A DNA stretch of 63,932 nt, the filler included, from Barthelona sp. PAP020 (Eukaryota): NCBI GenBank assembly GCA_040182905.1. It is 3 parts of 3 records of this genome, joined end to end, with 100 filler letters (N's around TTAATTAATTAA, not from the genome) between each part and the next. Parts side by side here need not be neighbours in the genome. Positions count along the whole stretch, not along the records: positions 24,458 to 48,675 come from JARQWU010000160.1; 2 more parts are not named here. One strand, given 5' to 3'. The notes below the pieces were generated by a model. The model was not told the DNA's origin. It worked only from the letters and a program-made list of their open reading frames with translations, and did not search any database. Position numbers and translations under genes: made by a program. Below are positions 33,910-43,289 of the stretch, one piece after another. Each line of letters opens with the position of its first letter. Within the stretch, counting starts at the first letter, position 1.

Positions 33910-34175
33910 TTATTTCCAAGCCAAGAAGCACTGTGGTATGATTGCATAAAAAAGATTGATGTTTATTTGGTTAAAGGCTTTCAAGGCCCGATTGATCTGT
34001 TGAAAAACTTTAGATTTTCTAAGGTAAAGTTTAAACTTAAAAATTTTGCTTTTGCAAAAATACAAAAGAATAGTATTGAAGAATTTCTCCGAAATTCTCC
34101 TACTTGATTGTTCCAATTACATTTCAGTCCCTCAATTCCCCTCCAGGGATTTTGACTGAAATTTGCTAGAATGAG
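33910..34175 (+). repeat. Repeat B copy, abutting repeat A
   Basis: Colinear with 21964-22228. Confidence 0.85.
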
Positions 34176-34560
34176 TTTATTAGATATTTATGAGGTATGA
34201 GTTGTTCAGTGAACAACGAAACGAGTTAGCTTAAGGTTTGGGGAAAACTCACGTGGATTCAGATGCCCGAGTAACTTAAAAAATTGGACCTAAAGGTGGT
34301 CAAGAAACAACAAATAAAGGAAGTGATATTTGATGACCTCTTTATATCTCCAATAAATTCCGTTCATTGAGCATGAACTTCCATATTTCTGAGTTTACCT
34401 TCTTTGTAAATAAATATGGTTGTTGTTTTACAACTGGACTAAATTTTGGATAAAGGTTTTGAATTGACCCATAAAGAAAACACCATTTTGATTACACAAT
34501 TTTAAAAGAAACTTTTCTCAGTTACAACAGCTTAAATTTCTTTCAATAGCTTAACTTTTA
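34176..34560 (+). repeat. Repeat A copy 3 (only internally assembled copy; right end inferred from pairing)
   Basis: First 132 nt match copy 2; hairpins GTTGTTCA-G-TGAACAAC, GTTCA..TGAAC, CCATATTT..AAATATGG; GAGTTAGCT can pair with AGCTTAACTT at ~34548. Confidence 0.8.
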
Positions 34561-34909
34561 TTAAGTATCATTTTTACAGCAGCATATGGACTTGTACACT
34601 ACCAAAAGTAACAAACAAACAAGCAAATTGTATAATTTAATTTAATTTAATTTAATTTTTTAATTTTTTCTTTTTTGAATATATTTAATTCTACATGCTC
34701 ATGACTTTTCTTGTGTTCTTTTCTTTTCATTTTTGGAATTTACAAGGTGATAATTTGTTTTTATTGTCATATTGTTTGATTCCTCGTAAAAATATTTTTA
34801 GTTTTATTATTAGGGCTTTGATTCAATTCAAAAACAGATTTTTTGGTTGAATTTATTGTGAATAAACAAGCGTCTCAACTTTTGCTGGTTATTATTATTT
34901 TCTCTTTTG

Positions 34910-35950
34910 ATGACAGATATTTTTGAATTTAAATTAGTTTTAAACACATCAAATATATTTAACTATTTGAATTTTTTTGAATTTTTGTCTGATGATGGAA
35001 GTAATTTGTCTTTTGAAGAAGAAAATATCCAGTTTATCAATTGTTTTGAGTTTTGTTTAAAACTTGACAATGGAAATATTATTGGAATTTACGAGGACCG
35101 ATTATATTCAAATGGTATTGCTTTGAGAGAAGGTTATGACGGGTTTTCAGTTTTTGAGTGGAATGGGAAGTTGTTTTTTGTTAAAGATAATTGTCTTTAC
35201 AAAAAAATTGATAATGATCCAATATGTACGTTTGATTCTTCAATAATTTCATTTGAAAAAAAAGTATTTTTGACAAAGAACTTTATTTATGAAGCTGTGG
35301 ATGATAATTTCCAAAATTTTGTACAAACAAAACATTTTATTAGTGTCCCTCGGAAAGTGATAACCGCTGAAAATGATGTCTTTGTTTTTGGTGATTCACC
35401 CATTGTATTATCTAGTTTGGAACAGAAGACTGTTAGTGGAAGTAATATAAAAGCTCTATTAAATGATATCCAATCTGAAATTCAAAAATATTACTCACAT
35501 CGGTCCTTTCCGCAAATATTCTCCAAAGAATATGGAGTGATTGCTGATTTTATCTTTGATGAAACCGTTTTGGAGTCACTATTGACTGTTAAATATGTTT
35601 GTTATGATGATGTCAACAAATTAATTTTTTTTGGAGAGGAAGCTTCGATATTTTTTGTAATAAATATGAAGCAGAAAAGAATTAAACAAATAAATTTTAA
35701 AAGTAATGAAATTATTCGAATTATCAAAAAATCAGGAACAAATATATTAATGTTTGTTGGTGATGTTGAGAATGGAAGTCTCTTTCAAGTAAAATTGCAA
35801 CAACCAGAAAAGAATATTAAAAACAGATTTTATGAAAGACTTTTGCGAGGAATAGACAAAAATTCAATGGATATCACAACACAAAATCTTTCAATAATGT
35901 TGAACAATCATCTTGAAATTATGAATCAAATTTTGATTGATTCACAGTAA
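34910..35950 (+). CDS. Hypothetical protein, beta-propeller-like composition
   Basis: 346-aa ORF with short beta-strand periodicity. Confidence 0.65.
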   Translation: MTDIFEFKLVLNTSNIFNYLNFFEFLSDDGSNLSFEEENIQFINCFEFCLKLDNGNIIGIYEDRLYSNGIALREGYDGFSVFEWNGKLFFVKDNCLYKKIDNDPICTFDSSIISFEKKVFLTKNFIYEAVDDNFQNFVQTKHFISVPRKVITAENDVFVFGDSPIVLSSLEQKTVSGSNIKALLNDIQSEIQKYYSHRSFPQIFSKEYGVIADFIFDETVLESLLTVKYVCYDDVNKLIFFGEEASIFFVINMKQKRIKQINFKSNEIIRIIKKSGTNILMFVGDVENGSLFQVKLQQPEKNIKNRFYERLLRGIDKNSMDITTQNLSIMLNNHLEIMNQILIDSQ

Positions 35951-36125
35951 TGGTTTCAAAAATTTTCACAAGAATATCAAAATAAAGGGAATAAAATAAC
36001 TTTTTATATTTGTTGTTTTCATTAAAAAAAAAAAAAAACTTAGAAACTCAACTATCACATGACAGTTGATAGTGAATTGTGAACAAAAACCAAATCTTGG
36101 TTAACCCATCAAAATGAAATAACCA

Positions 36126-37565
36126 TCAACTAGAGCCAAATTGTTTTGCAAATTTCTCATAAGCACCAGATTCCAAATATTGAGTGGCTGTACTTTTGGT
36201 TTTTTCAAGTGCAGATTTCAGGTCTTGAGAGCATATCTTTCCCAAAGTCATGTTTGGCGCAATTCCACAATCAATTAATCTTCTTAATGGTTGCATTGCA
36301 GCTTCTTTTGCCAAAGTTTTTAAATCAGAGCCTGAATATCCTTCAGTATTTTTAGCCAATGTATACAAGTGAGCAGCAGCCTCAGTGTCTAACCGATCAT
36401 CAAAAAGATTACAAAGAATATCATATCTGGCCTCCTCATTTGGCAATCCAACATGAACACGTTTTTCCAAACGTCTAAGCAATGCAGGGTCTAAAGAAAA
36501 TGGATGATTTGATGCAACTAGAACAAAAATATAAGCATCTGATGCTTCGAGCCCATCTAATTGAACTAATAATTCAGATCTCATTCTTTTAGAAGCTTCA
36601 TGCTGATCACTTTGTCTAGATGACAATATCATATCAATTTCATCAAGAAAAATTGTTGAAGGGGCATAATACTTTGCTAAATCAAACAAGATTCGAACCA
36701 ACTTTTCACTGTCTCCTCGCCATTTTGAAATAAGAGTGGACGCTTTGATATTAAAAAAAGTGGTTTGACATTCACTAGCCACTGCTTTTGCTAACATAGT
36801 CTTTCCAGTTCCTGGCGGACCATATAATAAAACCCCTTTCCAAGGAGACAACAATCCACTAAATAATTGAGGATATCTCATTGGAAGAACACATCCTTCT
36901 AACACCAATCTTTTTGCGTCATCCAACCCACATATGTTTGAAAATTTAACACTGGGATTGTGCAACACAATTTCTGCCAAAATGTTTCTAGCATACTCTT
37001 GGTATTCTGCCGATGCACCGATGACAAAATCCGGTAAACCAGGTTTAATTTTCATTTCTTCATTGGAAGAATCAAGTCGAGACATTTTTTTGGTGTTGAC
37101 ATTCTTTACAGTTGTTCCTGAAACACTTAAATCTGGTAATTCTTCCACACTACTACCATTTAATGGTGGTTTTTGATTACCTTCAGTTTTAGCTTCAGAT
37201 CTTTTTTCCTTATTTCGACTGTTTGATTTCCTAGGAAGTGAATTCGAACGTTTTCTACTAGAAAGAACCGGATCTTTCTCTTCATTATTTTTTTTAAACA
37301 ATATTGGAAATCGCCCAGTTGTCGATTCAAAAGAATTTTGATAGGAATTAATGATGGAATCTAAATCAACATTATCAGCAGGTTGAAAGGTGGTCAAATC
37401 GATATTAGACTCTTTTTCCAAACATTTTAAGCTGTCAATATAACCATTTTCTAACAAAAAACTTTGAATTAATACAATTGCTCCTTTTTTTCGTTGTTTG
37501 TCTCTTTTGTCCACAATATCCTTTGCTTTGCTATTTCTGTTAATTGCAGTTAAATTAAGTGACAT
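36126..37565 (-). CDS. KATNAL2: Katanin p60-like 2 AAA ATPase
   Basis: N-terminal LisH-like [51 protein letters not shown]. Confidence 0.92.
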   Translation of the reverse strand: MSLNLTAINRNSKAKDIVDKRDKQRKKGAIVLIQSFLLENGYIDSLKCLEKESNIDLTTFQPADNVDLDSIINSYQNSFESTTGRFPILFKKNNEEKDPVLSSRKRSNSLPRKSNSRNKEKRSEAKTEGNQKPPLNGSSVEELPDLSVSGTTVKNVNTKKMSRLDSSNEEMKIKPGLPDFVIGASAEYQEYARNILAEIVLHNPSVKFSNICGLDDAKRLVLEGCVLPMRYPQLFSGLLSPWKGVLLYGPPGTGKTMLAKAVASECQTTFFNIKASTLISKWRGDSEKLVRILFDLAKYYAPSTIFLDEIDMILSSRQSDQHEASKRMRSELLVQLDGLEASDAYIFVLVASNHPFSLDPALLRRLEKRVHVGLPNEEARYDILCNLFDDRLDTEAAAHLYTLAKNTEGYSGSDLKTLAKEAAMQPLRRLIDCGIAPNMTLGKICSQDLKSALEKTKSTATQYLESGAYEKFAKQFGSS

Positions 37566-37609
37566 AGAAATAAAAAAAAAAAAAAGAAACAAGTAGTTCT
37601 TTTTGGTTT

Positions 37610-39139
37610 ATGAATGAATTTGTTGTATTGAATTCATATGAATTATATTTCGAATTTTGGGCAAATGGTTGTATATTTTCCTCTACTCCACAGGGTTCAT
37701 TCAACAATTTTAAAGATTTAATTTATTCCACAGAATTTGAATTTGTTGATTGTCAAATTGATCATTATTTATTATTTGATGTTCAGAATGATTCATGTAA
37801 GATTTATAAAATGAATCAACCTTTATATCCAATTGTTCAGGCATGGTTTCAACATGGTTATGGTGAAAAACCACCATTGTTTTATTTATTATCTCATGAT
37901 GATATATTATATGCAATAAATAATAAATTTTATCAAAAATATTCAAATTGCAGGATGAAATTTCCTTTTCTAGATTGGATTCCAAGGTATTCTCTTTTCA
38001 CAAATAATTTTACTCCCATTAAGTCAATTTTTTGGAGTTTTATTCAATCGTCAAAATTGAATGTGGATATATTAGATTTTCAAGATAATGTTATTGGAAG
38101 TGGATTATTTTGTTATAATAGCATGAATAATGATTTAAAATACTGTGTTTGTTTGTATTCAAATGATAAAATTCTCGAAACTAAATCATCCAATTGTTTA
38201 TCTGTTGATTCTGGAACGTTTTTATTCTTTTATGTTTCAAAGAAGCCTGAAATTGATGATCAATCCTTAATTTTAGTTTCTAGGTTCAAATTGAGACTTA
38301 GATGGTCAAAAAAATATGCTAAAAATAACAATTCTGTTTTTGAAAATTTTTTTAATGAGTTTACTGATGGTTTTTTTCCTCCTGTATCATTTAACAGTAA
38401 GTTGTCATCATTAATAGAATCAGATTTGCTACTTGAACAACAGCTTGATAATTTGGCAGAAATTTCGCATTTTTCAGGTCACAGCAATTTAAAAAATTCT
38501 GTTCAATCTGTTCAATTATCTGATCAAATTCTTCGTTCAAACTTTACAACAAATTTTGATGCCAAAACTTCATCAAATAGTATTTCTGTTCTGGATGTTG
38601 GTTCATCATCATCAGAAACTTTTCCACAGAATTCCAATAATATTAATGATGAAATCATGGAAAGCAATCAACCAATTAACTTTCAACACAATTTTGAAAC
38701 TTTGCCAAAGTTTGATCCTCTTCACAAATGTTCAAAAGATTTGGAAAGTCAAAACCATTTTTCTCAACAAATTTATAACACATTTGATGATTCTCTTGAG
38801 TTAGAAAAGAATCAAAATCTCTCTTGTGATTTTCCTCCTCATTCTCAGCAAGTTCAGAATTTTGATAAAATTAATTTTTTTTCATCAGACTCTTCTTTTG
38901 ACACTTTAATCTCTGTCAATGTCAAACAAAATATGAAAGAGCCTATACCCATTGTTTCAACAGATAACACCATACATTCCATGTCAGAAAATTATCCAAT
39001 CACCTCTGATTCTTTTTGCAACGAATTGTTTGGAAAAGCCACTTTACCTACACCTTATATTAAGAAAAATGTTGTCTTTGAATCTGTTGAACTGGTTCAT
39101 TCATTTTCTTCTCATCATAATTTTTCCCTGTCGCGATAA
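37610..39139 (+). CDS. Hypothetical protein
   Basis: 509-aa ORF, ordered N-half and S/N/Q-rich C-half. Confidence 0.7.
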   Translation: MNEFVVLNSYELYFEFWANGCIFSSTPQGSFNNFKDLIYSTEFEFVDCQIDHYLLFDVQNDSCKIYKMNQPLYPIVQAWFQHGYGEKPPLFYLLSHDDILYAINNKFYQKYSNCRMKFPFLDWIPRYSLFTNNFTPIKSIFWSFIQSSKLNVDILDFQDNVIGSGLFCYNSMNNDLKYCVCLYSNDKILETKSSNCLSVDSGTFLFFYVSKKPEIDDQSLILVSRFKLRLRWSKKYAKNNNSVFENFFNEFTDGFFPPVSFNSKLSSLIESDLLLEQQLDNLAEISHFSGHSNLKNSVQSVQLSDQILRSNFTTNFDAKTSSNSISVLDVGSSSSETFPQNSNNINDEIMESNQPINFQHNFETLPKFDPLHKCSKDLESQNHFSQQIYNTFDDSLELEKNQNLSCDFPPHSQQVQNFDKINFFSSDSSFDTLISVNVKQNMKEPIPIVSTDNTIHSMSENYPITSDSFCNELFGKATLPTPYIKKNVVFESVELVHSFSSHHNFSLSR

Positions 39140-39248
39140 TTGTTTTTTTTTCTTTACAATTCTTTTTTTAGCCTTTATTGTAATTTAAAAACATGTTTTT
39201 ATCTCAAATGTAAATAATTTTTTTTTCGTTTTTTTCTGTTTTATTGTT

Positions 39249-39782
39249 ATGGATGATTTGCTTGCTGAATTTACTGCTGAACTTGATCAGAAATTAGCAA
39301 ATTTTTCACAGTTTTCAGGAGAAAATTGCAAAAAAGAACCAGTTTTAGAAGAAAATGAAAATGGAAAAAGAACTCAAATAAAATCCGAGAATGTCAGAAA
39401 ACCAAAAAATGTCTCTTCTGTGAAGGTGAAGGCAAGTACCAATCCTGTTATTATTAAAAAAATGTCAAAAAAAGCTCAATATCGTCATAAAGGTAAAGAA
39501 CATTGGGTTGATTCATCAATGCTCGATTGGCCATCTAATGATCATCGTTTGTTTATTGGGAATTTGGGTAATGATGTGTCGGAAGAGTATTTGAAAACTC
39601 TTTTTTCTTCTTTCTCATCATTTCAAAAAACTAAATTAATTCATGGAAAGAAGGGAAGTCGCCATGGAGGTTATGCTTTTGTTTCTTTTTTGGATCCCAA
39701 TGATTTTTTGAGAGCATGGGATACATTCAATGGAAAACATATTGGCAACAATATTGTTTCAATAAAAAGAGCCAAAAAATAG
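39249..39782 (+). CDS. RBM42: RBM42-like RRM protein (spliceosomal)
   Basis: WVDSSMLDWPSNDHRLFIGNLGNDV and GYAFVSF.DPNDF. Confidence 0.85.
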   Translation: MDDLLAEFTAELDQKLANFSQFSGENCKKEPVLEENENGKRTQIKSENVRKPKNVSSVKVKASTNPVIIKKMSKKAQYRHKGKEHWVDSSMLDWPSNDHRLFIGNLGNDVSEEYLKTLFSSFSSFQKTKLIHGKKGSRHGGYAFVSFLDPNDFLRAWDTFNGKHIGNNIVSIKRAKK

Positions 39783-40203
39783 TTTGTTTTTGTGTTTCAT
39801 GTGGCAAACACATTCATCAAAATTTCTGCTTTTCTTTAAGTGTTTAAAATTTTTTTAAAGTATTGTTTAGTCTTTGAAATTCTTTGAATTTTGAATACAC
39901 TTCATTTATTGTCCATTTTAACTTGGAAGATGATTTGATATGATTAGAAAGGAATTATCAAGATAAATCTTTTTTTTTTCTTTTTTTTTTTCTGCTGAAC
40001 TTTTTCTGAAACTTTGTAAAATTGTAACCAGTAGATAAAATGGTCAATTACTAGCAAATGTTAATCCTCTTGATGTTTGGTGATCCGAAATTTTCCTTGA
40101 AATATCTCAATTTACTTTCGAAATAGAATTCTCACAAAGTGCACCCAAATACCCAAATTTCTTTCCCAAAAGCAAAACCAATAAAAAAAAAGATGATGAT
40201 TGT

Positions 40204-42675
40204 TTATAAATTCATCCATTGTCTCATTGCATCAATAATTCCACTGTCTCTATGCACTCGGGTATAATCAGTGCTGTCATAACCTTTTGAATCTGGACGA
40301 TATGCTGAAATCTTTGGAACAGATCTACAGCCAGTGCAGGTAGTGGTACATAATTTGCAATCAGAAAGTCCATCCGGAATACCAAAAGACTCATTTTGCC
40401 AATAAAAATTGGATAACAATAATCTAATGGGATAATCATTGCTATTATCACTCACCCCATTTGGATTAAGGAATAATTTTCTCTCAAAACCACGATGAGT
40501 ATTCGAATCACAGTTTTTGGTTAAAATACAACCTTGATCATGCATATCTCGAGAAGATGATCCAGGCATTGTTTGATCATTATCATCATTTTGAGCAACC
40601 ATACGAGGCATAAGACCAGCAACACAACTTCCAGCAGGTTGGACAGGATATGCTGAATCCCATATTTTAATACGGAAAATATCGTCGTTTGAAAGACCAG
40701 CCTCTTGCAGAATTTTTTCAAAACCATAACCGTAGTTGTATCCTGAATCAGCATTGCAAAGTAGCATTTCAAGTTCACCTCCAAACAAGACTTCCAAATA
40801 GGCAACAAAATCCTCAGGTAATGAACCACCCATTCTTAATCTAACAAAATTGAATATTTGACCAAGATCTTTGGGATCAATATGTTTGGCAGCATCTATT
40901 CTGAAACCAGAAAATCCAAGAGATAAACCAGAAACCAAATAATCAGCAATACGTTCTTGAACATATTGTTTTTCAGTATTCAAATCAACAAGTCCATCCA
41001 GCCAACCAGCATTAAGAATGAATCCATCAGTCCATGAATTTAAGGATCTTTCACAATGAAAATGAGTAGGTAAATAAGGGACTCTTGGAAATTCCAAAGT
41101 TGGAGATAATCCTGAGGGTCCAGGAAGATAAGTCCATCCTTGAGTATAAAAAGGAGATGGAGAATCAAATAAATCACCTGTGGATGTTTTATTTCCCCAT
41201 TTAGTACATCCAGCATCTGGGTTTCTATGACTTAAAATATCATTACCATTTCCAACCATATGATTCACAACAGCATCAAAATAAACTCTAACCCCATAAG
41301 AACGACAGGTAGAAATCATTGAAACTAACTCATTTTCAGTACCCCAACGCCCTTTGAATCTGTATGAAACGGGTTGATACATAAAATACCAGGGATTAAG
41401 ATCATTTTGAAATGGTTGAGAAGACATCAACGATTCTTGAGGAGGGAACACTTTGACACCTAAATATCCTGCTTTGCCAATAACTTCACATTCCTTTTCA
41501 ATGTCAACATATGGCCAACCGAACATTTCAACGATAGCACCTTTTTGTCCATTTCTGAAATCACCTTTCTTTAAATTATCAGTTTCAGCAAGTGGAACAA
41601 CATTCCAAATAAAATGAACAGGATCTAATGATATGTGTAATCCAGTTTTTTGAGAAACAACCACAATATTTAAAACATTCTTATAAATACTGTTGTACTT
41701 GACAATGTTGGAATCTTGACACAAATGGTCGAAGCAAAATTGAAGTTTATCATCTTCAAATTTTTTAAAACTGATAACTTCAACAGTAGCTGATTGATGA
41801 TCTGCAGAGTAAGTTATTTTAGGATATCCAACAACAACTGAAAGTCCTTCATAAGCTTTTTGGTAATCTTCTTCATTAGGTGATGGAGTTTGCCAAGCAT
41901 GCTTCAAAAATTCGGAGTTCGTTTCTGTTTCTTTACCAGCACATTGATTTGTCCTGAAAACTTCACAACCAGGTAAAGGACATGTTTCACGACATGTTCC
42001 ATCTCCACAATCTTTGAAACCAACTTCACAAGTAACTTGACATCCTCCTTGGATACATTTGGCTGTTTCAACATGATTTTCCTTTGAAGACTTACAAATT
42101 TGTCCACAACTTCCGCAATTATTAGCATCAGAGCTAAAATCTACATTACAACCATTATAATTGACATCACAACTACCCCAACCATTGTTGCATTGACAAA
42201 TACCATTATTTGAACATTTGCCATGACCATCACATTCTTGACCATTTTTAGAATCACAAGTCATTGCACAATTGAAACCAAAATATTTAATATCACATGT
42301 ACAAACATTATCTACACAATTTCCATGAATACAATTGGACTTACAATCAAAGTTACCTTTAGAAAGTTCACCATTCTTCAAAATCCAAATGCCGGGTTCA
42401 GAAATTACATAATTATTTCCACCATTATTGTCCCACTGACCATTACCATTATTTGTAACAAAAGTAATTTGATCTCCCTCAACAGCATAATAAAACCATT
42501 GTGGATAGGTTGGATTTGCAGAATGCGAAAATGGGACACCAGGAACAGGTGTCCATGGTCCAACAGTTTTATAGTGAATATTTGCATTATTCCACGAAGG
42601 ATTGTAATAATAAATTCCAATTTCATGCGCAAAAGCAATCAAAAAGCACACGAGACATAAAAGAACTTTGATCAT
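40204..42675 (-). CDS. Secreted alpha-amylase (GH13) with N-terminal starch-binding CBM and EGF-like Cys-rich linker
   Basis: Signal peptide; W..ANIHY...WT.VPG...WDNNGGNNY CBM25-like; YQPVSY, DAVVNHM, GFRIDAAKH, YLEV. Confidence 0.9.
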   Translation of the reverse strand: MIKVLLCLVCFLIAFAHEIGIYYYNPSWNNANIHYKTVGPWTPVPGVPFSHSANPTYPQWFYYAVEGDQITFVTNNGNGQWDNNGGNNYVISEPGIWILKNGELSKGNFDCKSNCIHGNCVDNVCTCDIKYFGFNCAMTCDSKNGQECDGHGKCSNNGICQCNNGWGSCDVNYNGCNVDFSSDANNCGSCGQICKSSKENHVETAKCIQGGCQVTCEVGFKDCGDGTCRETCPLPGCEVFRTNQCAGKETETNSEFLKHAWQTPSPNEEDYQKAYEGLSVVVGYPKITYSADHQSATVEVISFKKFEDDKLQFCFDHLCQDSNIVKYNSIYKNVLNIVVVSQKTGLHISLDPVHFIWNVVPLAETDNLKKGDFRNGQKGAIVEMFGWPYVDIEKECEVIGKAGYLGVKVFPPQESLMSSQPFQNDLNPWYFMYQPVSYRFKGRWGTENELVSMISTCRSYGVRVYFDAVVNHMVGNGNDILSHRNPDAGCTKWGNKTSTGDLFDSPSPFYTQGWTYLPGPSGLSPTLEFPRVPYLPTHFHCERSLNSWTDGFILNAGWLDGLVDLNTEKQYVQERIADYLVSGLSLGFSGFRIDAAKHIDPKDLGQIFNFVRLRMGGSLPEDFVAYLEVLFGGELEMLLCNADSGYNYGYGFEKILQEAGLSNDDIFRIKIWDSAYPVQPAGSCVAGLMPRMVAQNDDNDQTMPGSSSRDMHDQGCILTKNCDSNTHRGFERKLFLNPNGVSDNSNDYPIRLLLSNFYWQNESFGIPDGLSDCKLCTTTCTGCRSVPKISAYRPDSKGYDSTDYTRVHRDSGIIDAMRQWMNL

Positions 42676-42689
42676 TTGAGAAAAAAAAA

Positions 42690-43110
42690 TGAGGGTTGTT
42701 CACAAGCCTATTATTTTTGGCGAATCGAAATTTTCCGATTCTTCCTTTTTCCCTCGAGGTACGGAACTTTTCCTTAACCTACCCCCAAATTTTTGACCTG
42801 CCACGGTGAATGCATGAAAACTTGCACAATTAGGATAAATTTTCAAAAATATCGGAGCTTTAAGCTCTTTTGAGCAATTAGTAATGCAGTATTTCACATC
42901 CCGCATAGGGCGTAGCTCTCCTACGAAAGCCTATGAAAGAGTAGGTCTCAAAAAAGAGAGGTTCCTTTCAGGAACGCTGGACCCCCCGAAAAGAATAAAG
43001 ATTAAGGTTTATTATTAATTAGTCAACTGAGATTTCCCAGTCTTTAATTTGGGAAAGTTCTGGAAAAGGTTCGTACAAGAAGAAAAATAAAAATGCAAAA
43101 TCATCCCTTT
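42690..43110 (-). other. Hairpin-rich multicopy element C (candidate structured ncRNA)
   Basis: Long-range stem 42759-42773/43062-43076 and many local hairpins; first 63 nt repeated at 48613-48675. Confidence 0.6.
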
Positions 43111-43289
43111 CCAAAAAAAATTTGGAAGATCAAAATCATTTTGCCTGATAAATATTTGATGAATTGGAAAATTGATATCAATTGACTATTTTTTAACTTT
43201 GATGTAAGTAATTTAAAATTTTTGTTTTTGTCTCTTTTGAAAAAAATATTGAACGATTTCATGTAGATTTTGGCGATTATTCTTACATT

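Noticed and set aside
34194..34260. Hammerhead ribozyme in repeat A (AUGA-stem-GAAAC)
   Set aside because: Core reads GGUAUGA rather than CUGANGA and no stem III with a UH cleavage site forms
34236..34275. Group I intron P4 (UUUGGG/CCCAAG) or RNase P CR-I in repeat A
   Set aside because: No P7 R/S elements or CR-V found, and the pairing is not colinear in D
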